Below, piece by piece: positions 47,670 through 57,583 of a DNA stretch of 64,000 bases; position 1 is the first letter of the stretch, and each line of letters begins with the position of its first letter. The notes beneath the pieces were generated by a model. The model saw nothing but the letters and a program-made list of their open reading frames with translations. It did not search any database and was not told the origin of the DNA. The position numbers and the translations under genes are program-made. Origin of the DNA: a bacterium (GTDB taxonomy: Bacteria; SZUA-79; Acidulodesulfobacterales; Acidulodesulfobacteraceae). The stretch is from contig JAKAKK010000043.1 in the NCBI GenBank assembly GCA_021813525.1, positions 8,433 through 72,432 of the forward strand. The letters are read 5' to 3'.

Positions 47670-49577
47670 ATGAAGATAATAGACAAAATCGGTTCAAAAT
47701 TAGATTTAAGCGTTTTTGAGCGCTCGGGACATAAAAAAATAACCTCCGTCCTTAACTGGAACGGCGTAGCTTTGCTGGACGACAACGACAATAAAGTTGA
47801 CCTTGCAAGGTGTTATATGCGGGAACTGCAAAAGCTTTCCTGCGGAGTATGTATTCCATGCAGGATAGGAACGTCCGTAGCAAGCGAAATACTCGAAAAT
47901 ATCTGCGGCGGCAAAGCCGATATATCCGATATCGACAGGCTCGTACAGCAATGCGGATGGATTCTGTCGGCGTCTAAATGCACCGTCGGCAGCATAGGGC
48001 CTAAGGCTGTCATGGAGTTGATAGAAAATTTCAGGGAAGAATTCGTCGATGTTATAACTGCCAAAGAGATAATTCCGGAAAGCAAATATATAGTAAAAGT
48101 AACAGCTCCGTGCATTAACGGATGCCCGTCGAAATTAGACATACCTAATTGGATAGAAAGGGTAAGGGACGGGCGCTACGAAGACGCTCTTGAATCCGCC
48201 AGAAGGAACACCCCTCTTGCGGCTATACTCGGAAGAAGCTGTTTTCATCCCTGCCAGGATAACTGCAGAAGAGCAAACGTCGACGAGCCTATTCAGATAT
48301 GCCTTATAAGAAGATTTGCCGCGGACAACGAATTTTATTCCGGTATAAAACCCGTTTTCGACATAAAGGACAACGGAATTAAAATAGCCGTAATAGGTTC
48401 GGGTCCGGCAGGTTTAAGCTGTGCGTATTATCTTCGTTTGATGGGGTACAGCCCCGTTATATTCGAGGCCCTTTCCGTATTAGGCGGAATGATGACCGTA
48501 GGCATTCCCAGATACCGCCTTACGCAGGAAATATTGGATAAAGAAATAGGCTATATACTTTCGGCCGGCATAGATTATAAATTAAACAAAAGATTAGGCG
48601 CAGATTTCGGCATAAAAGATTTATTTAACGACGGATTTAAAGCGGTTTACCTCGCCGTCGGCGCGCATAAGGGGCAGAATATAGGTCTGCCCGGAGAAAA
48701 CGATAATTTAAAAGGCTTTTATGAAGGCGTAAAATTTTTAAGAGACGTTGCTCTGGGAAATAAAGTAGAAACAGGCAGGAAAATTATTATAGAAGGCGGC
48801 GGCAACGTTGCTATGGATTGCTGCAGGACGGCGGTAAGATTGGGATATAAAGAGGTAGTAGTCGCATACAGGAGGGCAAGGGAGCAGATGCCCGCCGCGC
48901 CTTACGAAATAGATACGGCTATAAAAGAAGGAGTAAAGTTCGAATTTTTAACGAATCCCGTGAGCATAATCCAAGAAAACGGCAAAGTTAAAGGACTTAG
49001 ATGCGTTAAAATGAAACTCGGAGACCCCGATTCCAGCGGCAGAAGAAGTCCCGTGGAAATTCCGGGAAGCGAATTCGATATAGACTGCGATTCTTTTATA
49101 ATGGCGGTAGGTCAGATATCCGAGCTGGATTTTTTAAAAGAGACTCCAGACGTTAAAACTACAAAATGGAAGACGATTGCCGTTGACGAATATACTCATA
49201 TGACGGATATGCCTGGAGTTTTTGCAGGCGGAGATGCGATGACCGGACCCGTAAGCATAGTCGATTCAAACAGAGACGGTAAAAATGCGGCGCGAAGAAT
49301 AGACGAATATATCAGGACGGACGCTTTCAATATAACCGATGATGATATATTTGAGAAACTGCTAATGAAAATAGGCGTGTACGACAAAAAAGAAATAATA
49401 GACTACCCTGACCTTCCTGCCGGCAACCCGGCCGCAAAGCAGGTCGAGGAGCCGGTCGAAAAACGCGTGTCCGATTTTTCCGAAGCCGAAAAAGGCTTTA
49501 CTTCCGACGACGCCGTTTACGAAGCCGTGAGATGCATGAGGTGTTATATGCTTATGCTTGTTAAATTCGAAGATTGA
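47670..49577 (+). CDS. fusion flavoprotein: NuoF C-terminal 4Fe-4S domain plus GltD/SfrB-like Fe-S/FAD/NAD(P)H oxidoreductase, occupying the nuoE/nuoF slot
   Basis: SCGVCIPCRIGT...KCTVGSIGP matches the NuoF N3-cluster motif. It is followed by GltD-type Cys clusters (CINGCP, CFHPCQDNC), FAD site VIGSGPAGLSCAYYL, a second Rossmann GGGNVAMDCCRTAVRLG...YRR, and FAGGDA. No NuoF FMN/NADH-binding domain is present. Confidence 0.8.
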   Translation: MKIIDKIGSKLDLSVFERSGHKKITSVLNWNGVALLDDNDNKVDLARCYMRELQKLSCGVCIPCRIGTSVASEILENICGGKADISDIDRLVQQCGWILSASKCTVGSIGPKAVMELIENFREEFVDVITAKEIIPESKYIVKVTAPCINGCPSKLDIPNWIERVRDGRYEDALESARRNTPLAAILGRSCFHPCQDNCRRANVDEPIQICLIRRFAADNEFYSGIKPVFDIKDNGIKIAVIGSGPAGLSCAYYLRLMGYSPVIFEALSVLGGMMTVGIPRYRLTQEILDKEIGYILSAGIDYKLNKRLGADFGIKDLFNDGFKAVYLAVGAHKGQNIGLPGENDNLKGFYEGVKFLRDVALGNKVETGRKIIIEGGGNVAMDCCRTAVRLGYKEVVVAYRRAREQMPAAPYEIDTAIKEGVKFEFLTNPVSIIQENGKVKGLRCVKMKLGDPDSSGRRSPVEIPGSEFDIDCDSFIMAVGQISELDFLKETPDVKTTKWKTIAVDEYTHMTDMPGVFAGGDAMTGPVSIVDSNRDGKNAARRIDEYIRTDAFNITDDDIFEKLLMKIGVYDKKEIIDYPDLPAGNPAAKQVEEPVEKRVSDFSEAEKGFTSDDAVYEAVRCMRCYMLMLVKFED

Positions 49578-49596
49578 TAATTCAGGGAAATAAATA

Positions 49597-51705
49597 ATGG
49601 ATATAGAGATAACTATCAACGATAAAAAACTGATAACCAAAACCGGGCTTACGATACTCGAAGCCGCTTCTCAAGCCGGCATTAAGATTCCGACTCTTTG
49701 TTATCTAAAGAGATTAAGGCCTATCGGTTCCTGCAGAATCTGCTCGGTTGAAGTTAAAGGCATAGAACATCCCGTACCGTCCTGCGTAGCAAAGGTAAAA
49801 GAAGGCTATGAAATCTATACGGATACGGAAAAAGTCTGGAATGTCAGAAAAGAGGCATTATCGCATCTTCTTTTAGACCACCCGCTCGACTGTCCCGTAT
49901 GCGATAAATCCGGATATTGTATGCTGCAGGATTTATCTTTTGAATTCGGGCTTACAAAACAAAAAAATAAAAAATTATATCCCGACAGGACGAATATATT
50001 TAAAAGCGAATATATAGAATATACGGCAACGCGTTGCGTTTTATGTTCCCGTTGCATAAGAGTATGTTCGGATATGTACGGGAATCCTTTTTACGAAATT
50101 AAAGGAACCGGTTACGACAGTTATATAGGATTGAGGCACGAAGACAAAAACCAATACGGCGGAAAACCTGCGGGCAGTTCTTTTATAGAAGATAAAACGG
50201 AAACCGATATTTTAAAATGCTATTATTGCGGAAACTGCATAGAAGTATGCCCCGTGGGCGCCCTCGTTTCAAAACCGTCGAAATTTAAAGAAAGATACTG
50301 GCAGGAATCCTCTTTTTCGTCCGTTTGCGATAAATGTTCGGCCGCCTGCAGGATAGAATATTACAGATATGCCGGCGAGGAATCTTTAGTTAGGACGGAA
50401 TCTTTGTTCGGCGGATATTTGTGCAGGCAGGGGTTTTTTTATGAAGGCATAGGAAAAAATGACGGATATTATATTTCTTCGCCTTATATTAAAAAGAAAT
50501 CTATGCCGGAGGAAACCGCCTTCGAAAATGTTTTAAACGAATTTGCGTTAAGGATTAAAAATATCTCCGAAAAAGGCGGAATGGATAATACGGCTGTTTT
50601 AGTATCCCCGAATGTTTCCGTAAACGACGGTTTCGCCATAGCCGGATTCGTAAAAAATATACTTAAGCCTGCATATTTCGATATTGCGGAGCCTGAATTC
50701 TACAGGATTAATCTCGATAAATTCAACAGGGTATTTAAAGGAGAAGAATCTTTCGATATCAAAGCGTTGCAGAATTCCGAAATTATGCTTTATATCGGTA
50801 ATATAGAAGACGAGATTCCGTATGTTTCTTATAATATTATGAAAGCGCACAGAGAACACGGCGGCAAACTTTTATTAATAAATATAAAAAAGAATACGGT
50901 TCCTTTTTTATCCAGATTCGAAGATATTGCGTATATCAGAAAAGATATAGATATATCCTCTTTTCACGATTTTCTGGCGGGATTGCGGTCGGATATTTAT
51001 GTTCACGGGTCTAAAAAAGACGATGAAATTGCGGAAAGTATGCTTAAGGCGGATTCGGTTTCCGTTATATTGGGCGACGGTCTTTTATCGGCATACGATA
51101 TGAGCGCCGACATTTTAATATTGAAAGAAATCGTAGAATTTTTAAGAGACGAGCAGAAGACTTTATACGTTTATCCCCTGATTAAGCCTTTCAATTACAG
51201 GGGGCTGGTAAAAGCCGGAGTCAATCCGGAAAGCGGTTTTTCAGGCTTCGGTTCGATAAATTCGGGATTAAACGGCGGCAAAATTAAAAACATGATATAT
51301 ATAGGCGATTCCGCTAACGGCCCGGTTTTTAAGGATATAGCCAAACATGCGGCAAATATGGAATTTTTAACCGTTTTTTCTTCAAAAGCCGGCATGCTTT
51401 CGACGATGGCGGATATCGTAATACCGGTTAAAGACTTTCTTGAAAGCAGAGGCTCTATTTATGAAAATTTCGAAGGCAAAATAATCGGGTTAAACAACGA
51501 GTTCAATTTGGGAGAGTACAGGCAAGATATTCCCTCTATCCTGCTCGAAATTTCAAACAGGCTCGGACACTCTTTTAATTATTATATAAAAGATGAATTG
51601 GCGCGCTTTATAGATTCATTTAAAACAAAAGATATGATATATTATAATAAAATTAAAGCCAGAAGTAATTTTTACTATAACGATAAAACTAAAAAATTTT
51701 ATTAA
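49597..51705 (+). CDS. nuoG: NADH-quinone oxidoreductase subunit G (75-kDa Fe-S subunit)
   Basis: 2Fe-2S ferredoxin N-terminus (C..GSCRIC..C), HPLDCPVCDKSGYC (N5), CVLCSRCIRVC and CGNCIEVCP (N4), CDKCSAAC (N7-like). The C-terminal molybdopterin-like domain is divergent. Confidence 0.88.
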   Translation: MDIEITINDKKLITKTGLTILEAASQAGIKIPTLCYLKRLRPIGSCRICSVEVKGIEHPVPSCVAKVKEGYEIYTDTEKVWNVRKEALSHLLLDHPLDCPVCDKSGYCMLQDLSFEFGLTKQKNKKLYPDRTNIFKSEYIEYTATRCVLCSRCIRVCSDMYGNPFYEIKGTGYDSYIGLRHEDKNQYGGKPAGSSFIEDKTETDILKCYYCGNCIEVCPVGALVSKPSKFKERYWQESSFSSVCDKCSAACRIEYYRYAGEESLVRTESLFGGYLCRQGFFYEGIGKNDGYYISSPYIKKKSMPEETAFENVLNEFALRIKNISEKGGMDNTAVLVSPNVSVNDGFAIAGFVKNILKPAYFDIAEPEFYRINLDKFNRVFKGEESFDIKALQNSEIMLYIGNIEDEIPYVSYNIMKAHREHGGKLLLINIKKNTVPFLSRFEDIAYIRKDIDISSFHDFLAGLRSDIYVHGSKKDDEIAESMLKADSVSVILGDGLLSAYDMSADILILKEIVEFLRDEQKTLYVYPLIKPFNYRGLVKAGVNPESGFSGFGSINSGLNGGKIKNMIYIGDSANGPVFKDIAKHAANMEFLTVFSSKAGMLSTMADIVIPVKDFLESRGSIYENFEGKIIGLNNEFNLGEYRQDIPSILLEISNRLGHSFNYYIKDELARFIDSFKTKDMIYYNKIKARSNFYYNDKTKKFY

Positions 51706-51723
51706 TTAAAGATATTATAAAAT

Positions 51724-52710
51724 ATGATGTTTTGGCTTATTGCGGATATTATTAAAATTTTAATCGTTTTTGCCGGACTTTTGGGTGCCGCCGCATATCT
51801 CACTCTTTTAGAGCGCAAGATAGCCGCCAGGATACAAAACAGAATGGGTCCTATGGAAGCGGGATTCCATGGATTATTACAGCCGATAGCCGACGGGATA
51901 AAACTGTTTTTTAAAGAAGATATTATTCCTGCAGGCGCTAATAAATTTTTATTTCTTTTGGCTCCGATAATCGTGGTTATTCCCGCCTTGACCACTTTCG
52001 CGGTTATCCCTTTCGGCGCGCCGGTAAAGATTATGGGGCATACGGTTCCGCTTCAAATAACAGACGTAAATATAGGAATACTTTTTATTCTCGCGCTAAC
52101 TTCGCTGGGAGTTTACGGAGTAGTGTTGGGAGGTTGGGCTTCCAACAGCAAATATTCCCTGCTCGGAGGAATAAGAACCGCCGCGCAGATGATAAGCTAC
52201 GAAGTCGCCCTTGTTCTTTCTATCGTGGGCATAATAATGATTGCGGGAGATTTAAGCCTTGCGAAAATAGTTTCCGAACAGTCGCATATGTGGTTTATAG
52301 TGTATCAGCCGGTGGGGTTTATAATCTATCTTATAGCATCTACCGCGGAAATGAACAGGGTTCCTTTTGATTTAGGAGAAGCGGAAGGGGAGCTTGTCGC
52401 AGGATTTCATACGGAATATTCCAGCATGGAATTTGCGTTTTATTTTATCGGCGAATATGCCCAGATGGTGGTTAACAGCGCAATAATAGTAACGTTGTTT
52501 CTTGGCGGATGGCAGGGACCTTTTCTTCCCTCTGTTTTATGGTTTTTAATCAAAGTGTTTTTTGTAATACTTATATATCTATGGCTCAGGTGGACGTATC
52601 CCAGGCTCAGGTACGACGAGCTTATGGATCTCGGGTGGAAATTCCTGTTGCCTTTGGCTTTAGCCAATATCATAGTTACCGGTTTTATAATGATTTTATT
52701 AAACAGGTAA
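51724..52710 (+). CDS. nuoH: NADH-quinone oxidoreductase subunit H
   Basis: LLERKIAARIQNRMGP and LQPIADGIKLF motifs; eight TM helices. Confidence 0.95.
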   Translation: MMFWLIADIIKILIVFAGLLGAAAYLTLLERKIAARIQNRMGPMEAGFHGLLQPIADGIKLFFKEDIIPAGANKFLFLLAPIIVVIPALTTFAVIPFGAPVKIMGHTVPLQITDVNIGILFILALTSLGVYGVVLGGWASNSKYSLLGGIRTAAQMISYEVALVLSIVGIIMIAGDLSLAKIVSEQSHMWFIVYQPVGFIIYLIASTAEMNRVPFDLGEAEGELVAGFHTEYSSMEFAFYFIGEYAQMVVNSAIIVTLFLGGWQGPFLPSVLWFLIKVFFVILIYLWLRWTYPRLRYDELMDLGWKFLLPLALANIIVTGFIMILLNR

Positions 52711-52723
52711 AAACGGAAAAGAT

Positions 52724-53239
52724 ATGAATACCGAAAAACAGGAAAATTCGATTATAGAAATTTCTAAAAATTTTTTAGTAGGGCTAAAAACGACTATTAA
52801 AACTTTTTTTCGCAAACCCGTGACGTTTCAATATCCTAAAGAAAGGCTTACGATAGCGGAACGGTTCAGGGCTTTTCCCCATCTTAACGTTAACGGGGAC
52901 GGCTCTTTAAGGTGCGTAGCATGTTTTTTATGCCAGACCGTGTGTCCCTCCGAAGCTATTAAAATAAAATCCGGTTACGTAGATTACGGATTCGAGCATG
53001 AACTTACGGAAAGGCAAAAACATAATCGCAGCTTGGATAAGCTTAAAGCGGGAACGTTCAATGACGGAAGGCGGCATCCGTCGTCATTCGAGATAGACCT
53101 GCTAAGATGCATCTGCTGCGGATACTGCGAAGAAATCTGTCCGGAAGAAGCTATAAGCATGGGCAGCGATTACGAAGTCGCTTTTTATACCAGAGACGAA
53201 GGAATTTACGGAATAGAAAAATTAATAAAATCAAGGTAA
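52724..53239 (+). CDS. nuoI: NADH-quinone oxidoreductase subunit I (2x[4Fe-4S]) with an enlarged inter-cluster loop
   Basis: CVACFLCQTVCP and CICCGYCEEICP motifs, separated by about 53 aa. Confidence 0.9.
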   Translation: MNTEKQENSIIEISKNFLVGLKTTIKTFFRKPVTFQYPKERLTIAERFRAFPHLNVNGDGSLRCVACFLCQTVCPSEAIKIKSGYVDYGFEHELTERQKHNRSLDKLKAGTFNDGRRHPSSFEIDLLRCICCGYCEEICPEEAISMGSDYEVAFYTRDEGIYGIEKLIKSR

Positions 53240-53284
53240 ATTTAAAATTTTAAAAATATTAAATTTAAATAAAAGAGGATAACT

Positions 53285-53788
53285 TTGGAAGCGCTTTTTT
53301 ATGTTTTTTCTTTTATCGCTATTTTTTCGGCTTTAATGGTCGTAACGATGAGAAACCCGCTTACGTCGGCGCTATATTTAGTCCTATGCTTTTTTGCGCT
53401 TGCCGGTTTTTACGTAATTTTAGATATGCAGTTTCTCGCGGCCATGCAGATACTTGTATATGCCGGCGCTATAATGGTTCTCGTGGTTTTAGTCATTATG
53501 CTGCTTAATATTTCGAGAATAAAAAATATCGGGTCGGACTTGCATCAAAAAATTATCGGGGGGCTGATTTCGTTAATTTTATTTGCCGAAGTAGTTCTTT
53601 ATATAATCAACGGAGCGCAAAAGAAACCCACGGGTATTTTTACCCGCGCTCTAATTAAAAAAATCGGAAATACTCAGATTATAGGGGAATTTTTATTTAC
53701 GGAGTATATGCTGCCTTTCGAGATTGCTTCTATCCTTTTATTTGTAGCAATAATAGGCGCTTATTTATTTGCTAAGAAAAAATATTAA
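53285..53788 (+). CDS. nuoJ: NADH-quinone oxidoreductase subunit J
   Basis: Five-TM subunit with the VYAGAIMVL motif; TTG start after AGAGGA. Confidence 0.9.
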   Translation: MEALFYVFSFIAIFSALMVVTMRNPLTSALYLVLCFFALAGFYVILDMQFLAAMQILVYAGAIMVLVVLVIMLLNISRIKNIGSDLHQKIIGGLISLILFAEVVLYIINGAQKKPTGIFTRALIKKIGNTQIIGEFLFTEYMLPFEIASILLFVAIIGAYLFAKKKY

Positions 53789-53814
53789 ATTCTAATTGCA
53801 GGCGCAATAAACTT

Positions 53815-54108
53815 ATGAACAATTATTTGATAGTGGCTAGCATAATTTTCTGTATCGGAGCTCTCGGGGTAATAGTAAGAAAGAATTTAATAGTCGTTTT
53901 CATGAGCTTAGAACTTATGTTCAATGCCGCTAATCTGGGGTTTGTAGCCGTGTCTAACCGCCTGAACCTGATTTCCGGAGATATATTCGTGATTTTCGTT
54001 ATAGTCGTCGCCGCGGCGGAGGCGGCAATAGCTCTGGGCATAGCTATTGCTTTTTACAGGGAAAAGGGAACGGTAGATATCGATAAGGCAAACGAATTGA
54101 AAAATTAA
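53815..54108 (+). CDS. nuoK: NADH-quinone oxidoreductase subunit K
   Basis: 97 aa, three TM helices, conserved glutamates (SLELMFNAANL, AAAEAAIALGI). Confidence 0.93.
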   Translation: MNNYLIVASIIFCIGALGVIVRKNLIVVFMSLELMFNAANLGFVAVSNRLNLISGDIFVIFVIVVAAAEAAIALGIAIAFYREKGTVDIDKANELKN

Positions 54109-54130
54109 AACTTAAAGGTAATCGTTTACA

Positions 54131-56014
54131 ATGGATTTAAAAATATTAATCACGTGGTTAATTCCTTTATTTCCGCTTTCCGGCTGGCTTTTATGGGGTT
54201 TGTTCGGAAAGTATTTTAAGGGTTTGTCCGGATATATCGCCAGCGGTTTTGTAGTAGCCTCTTTTATTTTATCCGTCGTTCTTTTCTTTATAGTCGCTTA
54301 TTCCCACGGATTTACGGATACCCTGTACCCCTGGGTTTATGCCGGCATATTTAAGACCGGCGTATCGGCTGTCATAGACAGGCTTTCGGTGATTATGCTC
54401 GTTATGGTTACCGGAGTAAGCGCGCTGGTTCATATATATTCCATAGGATATATGCAGGGCGATAAAGGTTTTTCCAGATATTTTTCGTTTTTGAACCTTT
54501 TTGTTTTTTCGATGGTAATGCTCGTAATCTCGAATAATCTGCTTCTTTTATATGTATTTTGGGAAGCGGTCGGGTTCTGCTCTTATATTTTAATAGGATT
54601 CTGGTATGAAAAAAAATCCGCTTCCGATGCCGGGAAAAAAGCCTTTATAGTTAACAGGGTCGGGGATTTCGGATTTGCGGTAGGCATTTTCCTTTTATTC
54701 GCAACGACCAAAACCCTTAACTATGAAGCCGTATTTGCGGCTGTTCCGTCCATACCTGCTTATACGACGACGATTATAGCTTTGCTTTTATTTGCCGGGG
54801 CAGTAGGAAAATCGGCTCAGTTTCCTCTGCATGTATGGCTGCCCGACGCCATGGAAGGACCTACCCCGGTCAGCGCCCTTATCCATGCGGCGACGATGGT
54901 TACCGCGGGAGTATATATGGTTGCGAGATTTCATGTTATATTTTCTTATTCCCCCGCCGCCTCCGAGGTCGTGCTTGCAATCGGAACGTTTACCGCATTC
55001 TTTGCCGCATTCATAGCCCTTACGCAGTTCGATATTAAAAGAATTATCGCGTATTCTACCGTAAGCCAGCTTGGATATATGTTTATGGCGGTAGGAATAG
55101 GTTCGTACACCGCCGGCATATTCCATCTGATTTCCCATGCGGTTTTTAAAGGCCTGCTGTTTTTGACCGCCGGAAGCGTGATGCACGGACTTTCCGGAGA
55201 ACTTGACCTGAGAAAAATGGGCGGATTATATACAAAAATGAAGACCACCGCTATTACGTTTATAGTAGGCGGACTTGCATTATCCGGCATACCTCCGTTT
55301 TCAGGTTTTTTTTCGAAAGACGCCGTACTTGCCGACATTTATAATAAAGGTTTTTATTTTGCATGGGTAGTAGGCGAAATAACCGCATTAATGACGGCCT
55401 TTTATATTTTTAGATTAATTTTTCTCGCATTTTTCGGAGAATCTAAGCTCGATTCCGGCAAACATGCGCATGAATCTCCGAAAATTATGACTATACCTAT
55501 GATTATACTGGCGGCTTTTGCCGTAATAATAGGATTTCTCGGAATGCCCCCGTTTAACGATTCTTTGTTTTATAGTTTTTTGCATACGGATTTTAAAAAT
55601 GCCTATAATTTCGCTCCTTTCGTAAACGATACTCCGTGGTACGCGCTTAGCTTTATATCGGTATTAGCGGGGTTGTCGGGAATATATATAGCCTATATTT
55701 TATATATAAAAAAATCGGTTGACCCCGAAAGAATCAAGTCTATTTTTAAGCCGGTCTATATGTTGTCGTATAACAAAGTTTATATAGACGAGATATATAA
55801 TTTTTTAATCATAAAACCGTTGCTTGTATTTTTTGATTTCTTATGGAAAGTTATAGACGTAAAAGTTATCGACGGCGCGGTTAACGGAATAGCCGGCGCA
55901 TTTGCGGTTTTTTCCGTTAAAGCGAGGAAAATTCAAAACGGAATGTTGATGAGTTATATTTTAACGCTTTCAATAGGCGCAGCGGCGCTTCTTTTTTATT
56001 ATTTTATCAGATAA
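54131..56014 (+). CDS. nuoL: NADH-quinone oxidoreductase subunit L
   Basis: Mrp-type antiporter-like subunit (WEAVGFCSYILIGFW, GKSAQFPLHVWLPDAMEGPTPVSALIHAATMV) with a C-terminal lateral-helix extension. Confidence 0.95.
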   Translation: MDLKILITWLIPLFPLSGWLLWGLFGKYFKGLSGYIASGFVVASFILSVVLFFIVAYSHGFTDTLYPWVYAGIFKTGVSAVIDRLSVIMLVMVTGVSALVHIYSIGYMQGDKGFSRYFSFLNLFVFSMVMLVISNNLLLLYVFWEAVGFCSYILIGFWYEKKSASDAGKKAFIVNRVGDFGFAVGIFLLFATTKTLNYEAVFAAVPSIPAYTTTIIALLLFAGAVGKSAQFPLHVWLPDAMEGPTPVSALIHAATMVTAGVYMVARFHVIFSYSPAASEVVLAIGTFTAFFAAFIALTQFDIKRIIAYSTVSQLGYMFMAVGIGSYTAGIFHLISHAVFKGLLFLTAGSVMHGLSGELDLRKMGGLYTKMKTTAITFIVGGLALSGIPPFSGFFSKDAVLADIYNKGFYFAWVVGEITALMTAFYIFRLIFLAFFGESKLDSGKHAHESPKIMTIPMIILAAFAVIIGFLGMPPFNDSLFYSFLHTDFKNAYNFAPFVNDTPWYALSFISVLAGLSGIYIAYILYIKKSVDPERIKSIFKPVYMLSYNKVYIDEIYNFLIIKPLLVFFDFLWKVIDVKVIDGAVNGIAGAFAVFSVKARKIQNGMLMSYILTLSIGAAALLFYYFIR

Positions 56015-56041
56015 AATTATGAACTTAAGGAATATAATCAT

Positions 56042-57583
56042 ATGGATTTTTTCATCAAACATCTGCTGTCTGTATTAATTTTTTTTCCGGTCGTTTCTAT
56101 TTTTTTATTGCTTCCGGTTAATAAAAAAAATGAGTGGCTCTTGAGAAACCTTTCTACCTTTTTATCGTTAGTAGAATTTATTTTTTCTCTTTATCTTTTT
56201 ATTTATTTCAGGCCTAACACTTATAAATTTCAGTTCGTAGAGAAATTTAACTGGATTCCTTCCTTCGGCGCATCGTATTTCCTTGGAATTGACGGAGTCA
56301 GCCTTTTTTTAATATTATTGACGACGCTTTTGACTTTTGTTTCTCTGCTGTCAAGCTATAGATACATAAAGACGCATGTCAAAGAATTCGTTATCCTTAT
56401 GCTCTTGTTGGAAACCTTTATGCTCGGAACTTTTGCGGCTTTAGACGTCCTGCTGTTTTATCTCTTCTGGGAATTTATGCTGATTCCGATGTATTTTATT
56501 ATAGGTATGTGGGGTACGGGAAACAGGGTTTATTCAGCAGTCAAGTTCGTCCTTTATACGCTTTCGGGTTCGCTGATAATGCTTTTCGGGCTTATTTACA
56601 TATTTATAATGCATTACGACCAGACCGGCAATTTTACTTTTAATATATTAAGATTATACAATACGCATATTTCGGACGGCCTTCAGTTGATTTTATTTAT
56701 AGCTTTATTTTTAGGTTTTGCTATAAAAATACCGCTTTTTCCTTTTCATACATGGCTTCCCGATGCGCATACCGAAGCTCCGACTGCCGGAAGCGTCATT
56801 CTTGCAGGAGTTTTGTTAAAATTCGGCGTTTACGGTTTTTTCAGATTTGCTATACCGCTTTTACCGAGGGCGGCTTTTGCCCTTGCGCCTTTCGTGATTG
56901 TCCTAAGCGTTATAGGTATTCTTTACGGAGCGTTTGTTTCGATAGTACAAAAAGATTTAAAAAGATTAGTCGCTTTCTCCAGCGTTTCCCATATGGGCTT
57001 TATAATGCTGGGTTTATTCGCGATGTCCGCAATAAGCATAGACGGTTCCGTTATCCAGCTTCTAAACCATGGAATAGCTACCGGAGCGCTTTTCCTGTTT
57101 GTCGGAATGCTTTACGAAAGAATGCATACAAGACAGATTAAAGATTTCGGCGGCATAGCGAAAAAAGCTCCTATATTTACCGCGTTTTTTATGATTTCCG
57201 TTCTGGCGTCGGTAGGGCTTCCGGGGTTGAACGGATTTATAGGAGAGTTCTTAATATTAGTCGGCGCTTTCCGCAGTTATCCGGTCTTGACGATTATTGG
57301 CGCAAGCGGTATTATTTTTGCCGCCGTTTATTTATTATGGATGTTTCAAAGAGTTATGTTTCAGGATGTTACCAATCCTGCGGCGGAAAATTTCGAAGAT
57401 ATGAATTTGAGGGAAATTATTACGATTTTGCCTTTGATTATCCTGATGTTTTTGATAGGATTTTATCCTATGCCGTTTTTGGAAAGAATCGACCCTACCG
57501 TTCTACATTTTTTATCTGCGATAAATCACCATAAGGCTGTTTATAATTTAATTAAGTTAAAAACGGGGTTGTCAAATGCATAA
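56042..57583 (+). CDS. nuoM: NADH-quinone oxidoreductase subunit M
   Basis: FYLFWEFMLIPMYF, PLFPFHTWLPDAHTEAPTAGSVILAGVLLK. Confidence 0.95.
   Translation: MDFFIKHLLSVLIFFPVVSIFLLLPVNKKNEWLLRNLSTFLSLVEFIFSLYLFIYFRPNTYKFQFVEKFNWIPSFGASYFLGIDGVSLFLILLTTLLTFVSLLSSYRYIKTHVKEFVILMLLLETFMLGTFAALDVLLFYLFWEFMLIPMYFIIGMWGTGNRVYSAVKFVLYTLSGSLIMLFGLIYIFIMHYDQTGNFTFNILRLYNTHISDGLQLILFIALFLGFAIKIPLFPFHTWLPDAHTEAPTAGSVILAGVLLKFGVYGFFRFAIPLLPRAAFALAPFVIVLSVIGILYGAFVSIVQKDLKRLVAFSSVSHMGFIMLGLFAMSAISIDGSVIQLLNHGIATGALFLFVGMLYERMHTRQIKDFGGIAKKAPIFTAFFMISVLASVGLPGLNGFIGEFLILVGAFRSYPVLTIIGASGIIFAAVYLLWMFQRVMFQDVTNPAAENFEDMNLREIITILPLIILMFLIGFYPMPFLERIDPTVLHFLSAINHHKAVYNLIKLKTGLSNA

Noticed and set aside
54788-55338. 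Several 60-130-aa ORFs in alternative frames within nuoL; similar ones at 56752..57141 in nuoM, 58460..58732 in nuoN, and 52134..52370 and 52509..52727 in nuoH
   Set aside because: They are embedded in strongly supported membrane-subunit genes. Their Arg/Cys/Tyr-rich composition is typical of off-frame translation.
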